This document shows, one piece after another, positions 27,874 through 37,513 of a stretch of 64,000 nt of DNA (position 1 is its first letter; the number at the start of each line of letters is the position of its first letter). Origin of the DNA: Polyangia bacterium. GTDB taxonomy: Bacteria; Myxococcota_A; Polyangia; JAAYKL01. The notes under the pieces are model-generated. The model was given only the letters and a program-made list of their open reading frames with translations. It did no database searches and was not told where the DNA came from. The stretch is taken from contig JBNKCR010000148.1 of the NCBI GenBank assembly GCA_050287845.1, positions 37,411-101,410 on the forward strand, given 5' to 3'. The position numbers and the translations under genes were made by a program.

Positions 27874-29118
27874 TCAGTCGTTTGGAAAACCCTGTGAATT
27901 TATGGCCATTTTGAAAAATGCATCTCCCTTCAACAATCCCAGAGCCCCCTGTTTGACACTTTCCTCATCGTAAACCGTTACGCTGTCCCCTTTCCTGTGC
28001 GGGTGCCATATGGCAAAGGGAACCGGATCACTTGCGTGTGCGCCAGTTTCAACCGGGGTGGGATGGTCCGGCAAGATCGAAACGGTGGCTTCAATTCCCC
28101 GTTTCTCAATCCCTTCCAGAATGGGGTATACCAGCCTATCGTCCAGATACTCAATGCATTTAATCTTCAGCGCCAGATCTTTTTCGTGCCCCGCTTCATC
28201 TGTGGCTTCCACGTGAACATACACCACATCGTGGTTTTCAAGCGCATCCAGCGCAGCGGCGGCCTTTCCTTCGTAATTGGTGTCGTGCAGGCCAGTGGCC
28301 CCTTCAACGACAATTTTTTCCATGCCTGCCAGGACGCCAAGCCCCTGGACCAGATCCACAGCAGAGATAACCGCGCCAGTTTTATTGTACAGTTCCTGGA
28401 GGGTCGCCATTTGCGGTCGGATTCCCGGAGACCAGGTCCATATCGAATTGGCCGGATCCTTGCCGTTGGCGATTCGTTTGAGATTCACCGGGTGATTCCG
28501 GAGCAGCACTCTTGCCTGCTCGTGCAGTTCCACCAGTTTCCGGGCGGTTGCCGTCGCAGCGGCGCTCCTGGCTTTCGGATACAGACTCACCGCGTCGTGA
28601 CCGACAAAATCGTGAGGAGGCGCACAGTCCACATCCGGAATCGCCCAGCTCTCATCCAGAACGAGGAGGTGGCGATAACTGACCCCGGGGTAGAACTTCA
28701 AGGGGGTGTCACCGCTGGTCTGCCCAAGGACTTTCTGGATGTCCGCAATGATTTCATGGGCTTCCCCGTTGGAGATGTGGCCAGCGGAATGATTTTTGAT
28801 CTTTCCCGCATTGTCAATGGTCATCAGGTTGCACCGCATGGCGACATCCGCGGGTTTGAGCGCCACATTCATGCTCGCGGCTTCCAGGACACCACGGCCT
28901 TTGAAACAAACGCGCGGATCGTATCCGAGAACCGACAGATTGGCCACGGCGGAGCCGTTGGACATTCCATCGGGGATAGTGGCGAACAATCCGGTGTAGC
29001 CCATTCGGGCGATTTGATCGATATGGGGCTTCCTGGCCACCATCAGTGGCGTTTTCCCACCAAGCGCCGCTACCGGATGGTCACTCATGCCATCGCCGAG
29101 GATAATAATACTTTTCAT
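27874..29118 (-). CDS. ApgM-type cofactor-independent phosphoglycerate-mutase-family metalloenzyme; probably the 'proposed homoserine kinase' subfamily
   Basis: MKSIIILGDGMSDHP... (metal-binding DG-S-D start), ...HVEATDEAGHE..., ...LPDHPTP... typical of the alkaline-phosphatase-superfamily ApgM group. Its ATG overlaps the thrC stop (TAATG at 29116-29120). Confidence 0.8.
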   Translation of the reverse strand: MKSIIILGDGMSDHPVAALGGKTPLMVARKPHIDQIARMGYTGLFATIPDGMSNGSAVANLSVLGYDPRVCFKGRGVLEAASMNVALKPADVAMRCNLMTIDNAGKIKNHSAGHISNGEAHEIIADIQKVLGQTSGDTPLKFYPGVSYRHLLVLDESWAIPDVDCAPPHDFVGHDAVSLYPKARSAAATATARKLVELHEQARVLLRNHPVNLKRIANGKDPANSIWTWSPGIRPQMATLQELYNKTGAVISAVDLVQGLGVLAGMEKIVVEGATGLHDTNYEGKAAAALDALENHDVVYVHVEATDEAGHEKDLALKIKCIEYLDDRLVYPILEGIEKRGIEATVSILPDHPTPVETGAHASDPVPFAIWHPHRKGDSVTVYDEESVKQGALGLLKGDAFFKMAINSQGFPND

Positions 29119-30470
29119 TATAGATATTTTCCTTTGAGATAGCTTTTGAATTCGCTGTAATCCACTTCCATCTGATCATAGGTTTCCGGCTTCGACTCCA
29201 GACCGCGCAGACATTCCGGCAGCGGCGGTTCAATACCGGTAATTCGCATGACTTCGTCCGGGAATTTGGCGGGATGCGCTGTCTCCAGTGAAACCGCGGG
29301 CAATGCCAGGTGCCCGGGATTATCGTTCAGGTAGGTCTTCAGTCCAGCCCATCCCACAGCCCCATGGGGTTCGAGCAAAGTACCATATTTTTCATGGGCT
29401 GACTTTATGGTGGCCCGGGTATCTTCGTCGCTGATGCTCACAGCATAAAAGTCTCGCCGCAGGGCATCCATGTCCGGCTTCTGCAGCATGGCCCCGGTTT
29501 CATCAATGTGACCGCCGTACAGGTCGACCAGACGCGCAAGATTCGAGGGGTGTCCCACGTTCATCGCATTCGAGATGCATACTCTGGAAGGCTCAATTTT
29601 TCGGTACACACCGCTTTCCACGAATAACGGGACTTCATCGTTGGCATTGGTGGCCACCACAAATTTTTCCACGGGCAGTCCCCCTTTAAACGCCAGTACA
29701 GCGCCCATCAGGTTGCCGAAATTGCCAGACGGAACGCAGACCAGCACCTTTTCTCCCGCCCCGATGTCGGCAATTCTGGACGCTGCATAAATGTAATAGA
29801 CGGATTGGGGCAGCAGTCGTCCGATATTAATGGAGTTGGCACTGGACAGATTCAGGGTGCGCAGCTCGCTGTCCGCAAAGGCGCGTTTCACCATTGCCTG
29901 ACAATCGTCAAATTTACCATTTATCGAAATCATTGAGACGTTGTCGCCGAGGGTGGTCATCTGCTTGCGCTGCCTGTCGGAAACCTCGTCTCTGGGAAAC
30001 AGCACCAGCACGCGAATGCCCGCCACACCGAGGAATGCATGGGCCACAGCAGAACCGGTGTCGCCGGAAGTTGCCGTCAGAATGAGAAGCTCCCTGTTTT
30101 CACGGGCGACCAGTCTGCCGATGGCGCGTCCCATGAACCGCGCGGCAAAATCTTTGAATGAGGCACTGGGACCGCGATCCAGTCTCAGGATGTGACGCCG
30201 TTCAGTGACCCGTTCAACGGGAACCTCGAAATTATATGCATCCTCACAGATTTCCAGCAATTCATCGCGAGAGAAGGTATCGCTATAATTGGCGAGCACC
30301 GCTGCGGCGAGTTCCGGGTATCTCATGGTGGCAGCCGCCTTTAAAAAGTCGGCGGACATCCGGGGGATCTGATTCGGCAGGTACAGTCCCCTGTCGGGCG
30401 CCTGCCCCTGCAGCAATGCTTCGGCCAGTGTGACTTCCGGTGACGTTTTGTTTGTACTGTAGAATTTCAT
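29118..30470 (-). CDS. thrC: threonine synthase
   Basis: PLP-lysine motif PSASFKDFAARFM, TATSGDTGSA, 450 aa. N-terminus MKFYSTNKTSPEVTLAEALLQGQAPDRGLYLP is typical of long-form ThrC. Confidence 0.9.
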   Translation of the reverse strand: MKFYSTNKTSPEVTLAEALLQGQAPDRGLYLPNQIPRMSADFLKAAATMRYPELAAAVLANYSDTFSRDELLEICEDAYNFEVPVERVTERRHILRLDRGPSASFKDFAARFMGRAIGRLVARENRELLILTATSGDTGSAVAHAFLGVAGIRVLVLFPRDEVSDRQRKQMTTLGDNVSMISINGKFDDCQAMVKRAFADSELRTLNLSSANSINIGRLLPQSVYYIYAASRIADIGAGEKVLVCVPSGNFGNLMGAVLAFKGGLPVEKFVVATNANDEVPLFVESGVYRKIEPSRVCISNAMNVGHPSNLARLVDLYGGHIDETGAMLQKPDMDALRRDFYAVSISDEDTRATIKSAHEKYGTLLEPHGAVGWAGLKTYLNDNPGHLALPAVSLETAHPAKFPDEVMRITGIEPPLPECLRGLESKPETYDQMEVDYSEFKSYLKGKYL

Positions 30471-30502
30471 TTCTTGTTCTGCTGTGGTTATATGGTGATT
30501 GG

Positions 30503-31516
30503 TTACGAATACAATTTTTTAAGGGATTCGCTGAAGTCTGCCCTGCACACGCCGGATTCTGTGAAAATCGCAGTGACCAGGCTGTTCGGGGTAACATCGA
30601 ATGCCGGATTCCGAACGGGAATACCATCGGGGAGAATCATTGTACCGTTGATATGAGTGACTTCCTCCGCATCCCGTTCTTCAATGGGGATGTCCGCGCC
30701 ACTGGGGCAATTCAAATCGATGGTGGAGAGGGGGGCGGCCACATAAAACGGCACCTCTGCCGCCTTTGCCGCGAGTGCGACGCTGTAAGTACCAATTTTA
30801 TTGCAGACATCGCCGTTGGCGGCAATGCGATCGGCGCCCACCACAACGGCGTTGATCTCGCCGGCCCGCATCAGCGATGCAGCGGCGTTGTCAGAAATTA
30901 CCGTAACGTCGATGCCGTCTTTGCGAAGTTCCCAGGCAGTCAGTTTGCCGCCCTGCAACCTGGGGCGGGTCTCATCGGCCAGAACCCTGATTTTCTTGCC
31001 CGCAGCCACTGCGGAACGAAATACCCCCAGGGCAGTTCCCCATCCAGCGGTGGCCAGTGCACCTGCATTGCAGTGGGTGAGCACCGTGGAACCGTCATTG
31101 ATGAATGCGGCGCCGTAGCTGCCCATCTGTTTGCAGGCGGCAACGTCCTCGTCCAGAATCCGTTGCGCTTCTTCAAGCAATGCGCGATGCGCCATCCCGT
31201 TCTTTTCAACGAAGCGTTTCATCCGATCGATGGCCCAGAACAGGTTCACCGCAGTGGGACGGGTTGCGGCGAGCATGTCGCACAGGGACAGCAGCTTCTG
31301 CCTGTCGCCATTGGCCTCCTTCGACGCCAGCACCACGCCGAATGCCGCAGCGACACCAATGGCCGGGGCGCCGCGGACGACCATGGTTTGAATGCCGTCC
31401 GCAACAGCGGCCGCACTGTTGTATGCCAAATATTTTTCTTCATATGGCAAAAGTCGCTGGTCCAGCATGATCAGCTGATCATTTTCCCAATATAATGTTC
31501 TGAATGAATCGTTCAT
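30503..31516 (-). CDS. mtnA: S-methyl-5-thioribose-1-phosphate isomerase
   Basis: eIF-2B alpha/beta/delta-like family: LYWENDQLIMLDQRLLPYEEKYL, VRGAPAIGVAAAFG, THCNAGALAT, GADRIAANGDVCNKIGTY. Confidence 0.88.
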   Translation of the reverse strand: MNDSFRTLYWENDQLIMLDQRLLPYEEKYLAYNSAAAVADGIQTMVVRGAPAIGVAAAFGVVLASKEANGDRQKLLSLCDMLAATRPTAVNLFWAIDRMKRFVEKNGMAHRALLEEAQRILDEDVAACKQMGSYGAAFINDGSTVLTHCNAGALATAGWGTALGVFRSAVAAGKKIRVLADETRPRLQGGKLTAWELRKDGIDVTVISDNAAASLMRAGEINAVVVGADRIAANGDVCNKIGTYSVALAAKAAEVPFYVAAPLSTIDLNCPSGADIPIEERDAEEVTHINGTMILPDGIPVRNPAFDVTPNSLVTAIFTESGVCRADFSESLKKLYS

Positions 31517-31598
31517 CGAAGCAATTCCTGTCTGTTCGGTGGCGCATCACCCCAAATTACAGACCGTGCGCCCGACGGGCGTGGTCGAGCGGATTTTT

Positions 31599-31626
31599 AT
31601 TATATATCATCTCATAAGTAAACCAA
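31599..31626 (-). promoter_or_regulatory. putative sigma70 promoter for the mtnA-thrC-apgM-like operon (TTGGTT-16 nt-TATAAT on the minus strand)
   Basis: On the minus strand, -35 TTGGTT lies at 31626-31621 and -10 TATAAT at 31604-31599, about 85 nt upstream of the mtnA ATG. Pattern match only. Confidence 0.3.
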
Positions 31627-31799
31627 TTCCTGTAGCACCCGGTTTAACAAAAAATCAGGCAGAACTTGACTCTGACCGGGATATTTTGGAAAACAGGCAA
31701 ATTCAAGAATTGAACTGGCTGGGGACCGGGTTCTATTTTCGCTTGTTATTTTAGCTGTGGTGTATTAGTGTAGCAATAGTTTAATAAAATACCAAAACC

Positions 31800-33248
31800 A
31801 TGGAAAAGTTACAGTTTCAAAATATCACGTCAGGATTGGGACTCCAAATGCTGGTCTTTGATCCTGGTGGTGAATTAATTTTTTCCAGCTGGAATGCCGA
31901 TGACATCGCGCTGGAAAAACCCCGGGATCTGGAGTCGCTGGTATCATTGCCCGGCGCGACAGCGACGGCGCGCGCCAACTTGCTCGACTATCTTGCCGAC
32001 CCGTCTCAAAAAGAGTTTGAATGTGATTTTGAACATTTTGCCGGGAAAGCACGGCGTTATTTTCGATTGTCGGCGGTTCGGATTTCAGAAGAGCCCCGCA
32101 GCGTTCTGGCGGTCCATATTCAAAACGTCTCCCGCGAATACGGTTTATTGCGTGAGCTCGAAACATTGGAGCGTCAGGCTTCTGCCGGCCAGATGGCAGC
32201 AGGGGTGGCGCACGAATTCAACAACATCCTGACCGCGATGATGGGATGGACCCAATTGGCATCCCGAACGGTGAACGGAAACGCTGCGGCACAGATGGCG
32301 CTGTCAACGATCGACAACAACACACGGCGGGCACGGAAGATAGCGGGAGATCTGCTTGAAATTACATCTCCGGCGAAGTCAATTGAGACACAGATGTTGC
32401 AGGTGGGGGATGTGGTCAGGGACGCCCTGAAATTGCTGACATGGGATTTGACCAATCGCCACGTGGGTGTCATCGAAGAAATTTATGAAACGCAGCCGTG
32501 TCAAGCCAACGCCACCCGGTTGGTACAGGTGTTTGTGAATGTGATTCGCAATGCCATGGATGCGATGGGGGATTCCCGGGGGACGCTTGGTGTTCGAGTG
32601 GTACAGTCCGGAGAGCAGGTGGTCACCACCATCACCGACAATGGACCGGGAATTACCGATGATGCCCTTGAAAAAGTGTTTCAACCCTTCTTTACGACAA
32701 AATCTCGGGATGACGGCACGTTTGGCGGCAGCGGCCTCGGTCTCTCCGTCTCCCGGCGTATCATCGAAGAATTTGGTGGTTCCATTCACATTGAGCGAAG
32801 CGGCGATCCGAATGGCGGCACCGTGGTCACCATTGTATTGCCATCTCAGGAAGATGATCGCGATACCCTTGAAGACATCCCGGGGCGTTCTTCCACATTT
32901 CCCCCGGGGGCAGCGGTGCTGGTGGTGGACGACGAACCGGATATTTGCGAGATGATCCGCATGGCATTGAGCTTGCGCGGCACACATGTGGAGAGTGCCA
33001 CCTGCGGGGAAGACGCAGTGACGCTGTGCAGGAAGGAATCCTTCGATGCGGTGTTTCTTGACTTTTCCATGTCCGGGCTTTCGGGGTATGATTTGCGCGA
33101 CGCAATCAGCGCGACGCAACCCGAGCTCCCTATCGTATTCATGAGTGGCGTCGACATTCCCAACCTTGAAAAGAATGCTGATTTTCTGAAGAAGCCTTTC
33201 GATTTACATGATATTCAGGTCAAGCTGCGGGAAGTTCTGGAACGTTGA
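31800..33248 (+). CDS. hybrid sensor histidine kinase / response regulator
   Basis: PAS-like N-terminus, H-box AAGVAHEFNNILTAMMGW, HATPase_c (DNGPGI...GGSGLGLSVSRRI), and a C-terminal receiver (VLVVDDEPDI...AVFLDFSMSGLSG...KKPF). Confidence 0.9.
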   Translation: MEKLQFQNITSGLGLQMLVFDPGGELIFSSWNADDIALEKPRDLESLVSLPGATATARANLLDYLADPSQKEFECDFEHFAGKARRYFRLSAVRISEEPRSVLAVHIQNVSREYGLLRELETLERQASAGQMAAGVAHEFNNILTAMMGWTQLASRTVNGNAAAQMALSTIDNNTRRARKIAGDLLEITSPAKSIETQMLQVGDVVRDALKLLTWDLTNRHVGVIEEIYETQPCQANATRLVQVFVNVIRNAMDAMGDSRGTLGVRVVQSGEQVVTTITDNGPGITDDALEKVFQPFFTTKSRDDGTFGGSGLGLSVSRRIIEEFGGSIHIERSGDPNGGTVVTIVLPSQEDDRDTLEDIPGRSSTFPPGAAVLVVDDEPDICEMIRMALSLRGTHVESATCGEDAVTLCRKESFDAVFLDFSMSGLSGYDLRDAISATQPELPIVFMSGVDIPNLEKNADFLKKPFDLHDIQVKLREVLER

Positions 33249-33420
33249 ACTGAACATCCGTTTGACAAACCGGGGTGCACACGACTAAATAGTCTGGCAT
33301 TGACATCTGCCATTGACGTGGCGGGATGTGACTGGACCGAATTCACGTTCAGTTGATGAAATGCGGAGATAGTTGAGATCCCCTGATTCGATTGGATAAT
33401 GGGTTCTATGAAGAACATCT

Positions 33421-33444
33421 GAAGACTGCATGGGTCTTTTTTTT
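33421..33444 (+). terminator. weak hairpin plus T-run
   Basis: AAGAC (33422-33426) pairs with GTCTT (33434-33438), followed by T residues to 33444. The 5-bp AU-rich stem is short, so this is low confidence. Confidence 0.3.
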
Positions 33445-33476
33445 GAAAGACACGGGTCAGATTGAAAGGAGCTGTT

Positions 33477-33803
33477 ATGGCTGAAAAACTGGTGAATGTA
33501 ACAGACAGTAATTTTGTATCGGAAGTGGAGCAGTCCAGTCTTCCTGTGCTGGTTGATTTCGGCGCCACCTGGTGCGCGCCCTGTAAGGCCCTGGGGGTGA
33601 CATTGGATGCCATGGTGGATGATTACGCGGGACGCGCGAAGTTCTGCTATGTGGATATCCAGCAGGCGCCGATGGTTTCTTCAAAGTTCAGTATTCGATC
33701 TGTTCCGACGGTGATTGTATTTAAGAACGGCGTCCCCTCGGGGTCGCTGCTCGGCGCGGTGGACAGAAACAAACTGACGGGGTTGTTGAAAAGCGTACTG
33801 TAA
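33477..33803 (+). CDS. trxA: thioredoxin
   Basis: WCAPCK active site, 108 aa. ATG 33477 lies 6 nt after GAAAGGAG. Confidence 0.92.
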   Translation: MAEKLVNVTDSNFVSEVEQSSLPVLVDFGATWCAPCKALGVTLDAMVDDYAGRAKFCYVDIQQAPMVSSKFSIRSVPTVIVFKNGVPSGSLLGAVDRNKLTGLLKSVL

Positions 33804-33927
33804 TGTCAGAATGGGAACGGTGAAGGGGGAAGTGCTCGTCCGATGTCATTTCAAGGTTTCTTCAAACAGGGTTACTCAATGATGGATAACTCACCCCGTC
33901 TGAATTGACGGGCTGGCAGCACTGTAC

Positions 33928-36285
33928 TCAGTGTTTTCTTACGAGCGGTGGCGGCGGTGGCGGTGGTACGGCTGTTCTCCCCGGTGATGCCGGGGTGCCG
34001 GCTACCCGGGGCGGGGCGGGTATCGGCGGAGCCGGTGGTACCCGCAGCGCGACGTTTGCAGCGGGGGGCGACGGGGGCAATCCGACCTTGTCGTCGGATG
34101 CTGTTGTGCTGGACGGCTCGGACTCCTGAATCCGGTCCGCCTCACCTGCTGTGTCTGAGTGACCTGCGTCCGGCGGAGCAGCGAGTGATCCATCCGCTGT
34201 ATGCAAAGAGGTGGTGCCGTCCGTTTCCTCCGGATGATGCGCTTTCGAAGGCAACTCACTGTCAACCGCCGGAATGACCATCTGGTCTGACGCGTCCGGC
34301 AAAAATGAAATCATTGATTCGTCGTTCGACGCGAGTTCCTGTTCGAGACGATTGCGCCATTCATCACTGTCGCTTGATGCATCGAAAGGCGATTCAGAAG
34401 GTGCTTCGGGAATGTCGAGGTTCTGACTCTGCTGTTCCTTCAGTGTTTTGGCTGCCCGCAGGAAACGGGGATTGATTCCCTCCAGACGCGCTGCCTTATC
34501 TTCATCGTTGCTGGCAGGGGGCGGTGATGCGGTCGGTTTTCGCAGTGCGCTCAATCCGTCAGTCGGTGTTTCATCAAGGGAACCCGCTTCGCCTTCGTCG
34601 CTCTCCGGTTGCTGGTCCGTTGCAATGGCAGGTGGCGCGGATGATAGAAGCGGACTTCGCTGATTTACGGTCTGCTCAACGTCTGTATCATCCGGGGAGC
34701 CGTCGGGGGAGGATACCAGTTCTTCATCGTCGATATCCTCCAGAATTGCGTTGTCACTGAGCATCGGGGGTTCATTGTCGGCATCAATATACAGCGCATC
34801 CAGAGAGGCAATGGAATCCTCGTCCAGCAGCAGATCCGATGACTTGGCGGTCGGCATTTTTGCAGATGCATCACCGGTACGGCCATCGTGGAAAACCTCT
34901 GCATTCCCCGTTGAGGAAGTGCCCCCGGGGGGGGCAGGTATCAGACTGGATGGACGGGGAAGCGGAATGCTGCCCGGGGAAACGGGTCTGACAGGTGCTG
35001 CGCTGCGACCGGGGACCGGGAGACGATGCTTGCGGGAATCAGTTGTTTTTACATTGCCCTTTGACGGAAGTGGGATACCTGACATTGGTGATGGTTTTGG
35101 GATACTCATATTCTCACTTCGTCCATTCTGTTGCGATAACGGTGGTTGGAGTTCAGACGCCGCCGGCGTTGCACCGACGGGGTCGGGTTCACTGCATTTT
35201 TGCAACGGATTGCTTCCTACAGAAGTTATCTCTTCGTAATGCTGCTGAATTACGTCCTTCATGACGATTTGAGCGGTCTTTTCTTCCTGTTCTGTTGAAT
35301 CGTCTACCGAATCAGAATTCTCTCCGTCTGCCCAGCTTCGTGAAAATCGCGGTGTTGGAAATCCGGCGATCGTGCTGAGGCGAATCAGCAACTGCTCAGC
35401 ATCCCGGAACCGCTCTGAAGGGGTTCGCGCGACCGCATGCTGGAGGATGGATGTAATTTCTGTGTGGGAATCAGCCAACGATTCGAGACCTTTAAGATGG
35501 CCGTCGTAGCTTTCAAGTGTCAGCAATTCTGCAAGGATGGCTCCAAGCGAATACACGTCACTTCTTGCGCCGGGGCCTTCAAATTCGGATCCCGGTAACT
35601 CGGGGGCGATGTATTGGATGCGCCCCGGATTGGCAGTCAGGCGCAATGCGACAACGGTCTCCGGCAGATTTGCCAGCAGTCCGCAATTTGTGACTTTAAT
35701 GCTGCCCGATTGAATGAATACATTGTTCGGAGTAAGCGCTCCATGGAACTGAACCGGGTGTTCAACAAGTGCAGAAGCGATTTCTTTCATGATCGGATAT
35801 ATTTCCTGCATCGTGAAAGGCGTACCGCTTTTTTTTCGTTGTGCAATCAAGTCCGCCAGTGTATCTCTCCCGGCAAATTCCGTGCAGACAAACGCGCCGC
35901 CCTTCAGCTGGCCAATATCCAGCAGCCGAACTGCCGACCGGGGCAGCGAATTTTTGATCAGCATTGAAATGCCGTCTGAAAAGCGCTTGAAATGAGGCGG
36001 GGTTGGTAGAAAGGTGGGCGGGATGAATTTCAGCACCACATCCACATCCAGCCTGGAGTCATTGGCCAGAAAGCTCATGCCAAAACGGCCCTGGCCCAGA
36101 AACCTGACCACCGTATATCGGTTATCCAGTATATCTCCAGATTGACAGACAGCCCCCGGATCCAACGCAACGCTCACATCCCAATGACATTCCGGACATC
36201 CCGAAGGGGGCGAAAACTGAGTGCCACAATTAATACAAATCACTTTCGTTCCTCTATCGATATCTGTCAAAACGTCCCCAAGCAA
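33928..36285 (-). CDS. Ser/Thr protein kinase with N-terminal zinc ribbon and long Pro-rich disordered tail
   Basis: - CINCG...CPEC ribbon.
- Hanks kinase motifs: GQGRFGMSF, VVLKF, HGALTPNNVFI, VTNCGL, YIAPE.
- About 470 aa of low complexity ending in PPPPPPPLVRKH.
- The start is uncertain (TTG at 36285, or the downstream TTG/GTG). Confidence 0.85.
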   Translation of the reverse strand: MLGDVLTDIDRGTKVICINCGTQFSPPSGCPECHWDVSVALDPGAVCQSGDILDNRYTVVRFLGQGRFGMSFLANDSRLDVDVVLKFIPPTFLPTPPHFKRFSDGISMLIKNSLPRSAVRLLDIGQLKGGAFVCTEFAGRDTLADLIAQRKKSGTPFTMQEIYPIMKEIASALVEHPVQFHGALTPNNVFIQSGSIKVTNCGLLANLPETVVALRLTANPGRIQYIAPELPGSEFEGPGARSDVYSLGAILAELLTLESYDGHLKGLESLADSHTEITSILQHAVARTPSERFRDAEQLLIRLSTIAGFPTPRFSRSWADGENSDSVDDSTEQEEKTAQIVMKDVIQQHYEEITSVGSNPLQKCSEPDPVGATPAASELQPPLSQQNGRSENMSIPKPSPMSGIPLPSKGNVKTTDSRKHRLPVPGRSAAPVRPVSPGSIPLPRPSSLIPAPPGGTSSTGNAEVFHDGRTGDASAKMPTAKSSDLLLDEDSIASLDALYIDADNEPPMLSDNAILEDIDDEELVSSPDGSPDDTDVEQTVNQRSPLLSSAPPAIATDQQPESDEGEAGSLDETPTDGLSALRKPTASPPPASNDEDKAARLEGINPRFLRAAKTLKEQQSQNLDIPEAPSESPFDASSDSDEWRNRLEQELASNDESMISFLPDASDQMVIPAVDSELPSKAHHPEETDGTTSLHTADGSLAAPPDAGHSDTAGEADRIQESEPSSTTASDDKVGLPPSPPAANVALRVPPAPPIPAPPRVAGTPASPGRTAVPPPPPPPLVRKH

Positions 36286-36541
36286 GTGTTATGACGGTAT
36301 ACTGAAAAGCACAATTAAATGTGCGAAAATGATTATATTCTATTTAAATATGACCATTACAGTCAACATGAAAAAATCATTCGACTTATTTAAAATGTGT
36401 GAAATGTCCTACAAATTGGTGTTCAAATAAGTGTTTTTCATTGCGGCTGAAACGGAGTTGAACGCGATCACATGAGTGGTTATAACCGGCTTCAGCGATG
36501 TATCTTTAAAATTCATTTGCAGGTTTGGAAAGGTAAAAAAA

Positions 36542-36994
36542 ATGAGCATAGAGCAGGAAATTACGGAACGAATGAAAACGGCGATGCGTGAAAAGCAGAC
36601 GAAGGAGTTGTCAATACTGCGTATGGTGAAGTCTTTCGCGATGAAGGAGAAGACTGCTCCGGGGTTTGATGGCAACACCGACGACGCATTCTGGTTATCA
36701 GTGGTAACCAAATATGTGAAGCAGCAGCAAAAGGCCCTCCAGGAATTTGAAAAAGTAGGCGCCGGGGGTGAGGCGATGGACGAAATCCGTTTTGAAATTG
36801 ATTATCTGACTCCATTTCTCCCGGCAAAGCTTTCTGCGGAAGAAACTGAGAAACTGGTGATCGATGCCATTGCCGCCACCGGAGCCGATAGCATGAAACT
36901 CATGGGCAAAGTCATGGGCGCTATCATGAAGGATCACAAAGATGATGTGGATGCCAGCCTGGTCAAACGTTTGATTCAAAAGCGACTCAATTGA
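36542..36994 (+). CDS. GatB/YqeY domain-containing protein
   Basis: MSIEQEITERMKTAMREKQTKELSILRMVKS... and C-terminal MGKVMGAIMKDHKDDVDASLVKRLIQKRL are typical of YqeY. ATG at 36542. Confidence 0.8.
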   Translation: MSIEQEITERMKTAMREKQTKELSILRMVKSFAMKEKTAPGFDGNTDDAFWLSVVTKYVKQQQKALQEFEKVGAGGEAMDEIRFEIDYLTPFLPAKLSAEETEKLVIDAIAATGADSMKLMGKVMGAIMKDHKDDVDASLVKRLIQKRLN

Positions 36995-37186
36995 GATTCT
37001 GAATGTCGCACTGCATCCCACATGAACGGTTGGACGTATCTGCTTTCTATTTTATTCCGGTGTGTTTTTAAGAACTTAGCAGACATTTTATTGCCTCTTT
37101 TTCTTGCCCCATCAGCATCAAATTTTTATTATTCGCTGACGAGGCAATGGGAAGATCTGTTGCTGTTCATTTCGTAAGGAGGCACC

Positions 37187-37480
37187 ATGACTGAATTTCG
37201 TTCTGGTTCTGAAAAAGATGAACCCATTCGGCGCATTATTCCGGGTACCAAAATTCCCATCCGTGAACAGGTAGACGATCCCCGGGCAATATCCGCCTGG
37301 ACCTATCGTAAATGGTCACCGGATATCGCTCGTATTTTTCGATATGAACGCATGAAAACGCTGGGAGACATCGTGAACGTTTCCAAAGAACATTGGCTGG
37401 ATCAGGGCTTTACTCCCCGCATGATGAATGAGCTTGAGACGGCATTGTGGCGATTTGGGCTTGAATTGAAAAGAGAGTGA
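37187..37480 (+). CDS. hypothetical protein (possible helix-hairpin-helix / RpoA-CTD-like C-terminus, weak)
   Basis: Strong RBS AAGGAGG lies 5 nt upstream of the ATG. 97 aa. The resemblance of KTLGDIVNVSKEHWLDQGFTPRMMNELETAL is only suggestive. Confidence 0.5.
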   Translation: MTEFRSGSEKDEPIRRIIPGTKIPIREQVDDPRAISAWTYRKWSPDIARIFRYERMKTLGDIVNVSKEHWLDQGFTPRMMNELETALWRFGLELKRE

Positions 37481-37513
37481 TGTCCTTCTGTTCGTTCCGT
37501 GGATTTGGCAGTG

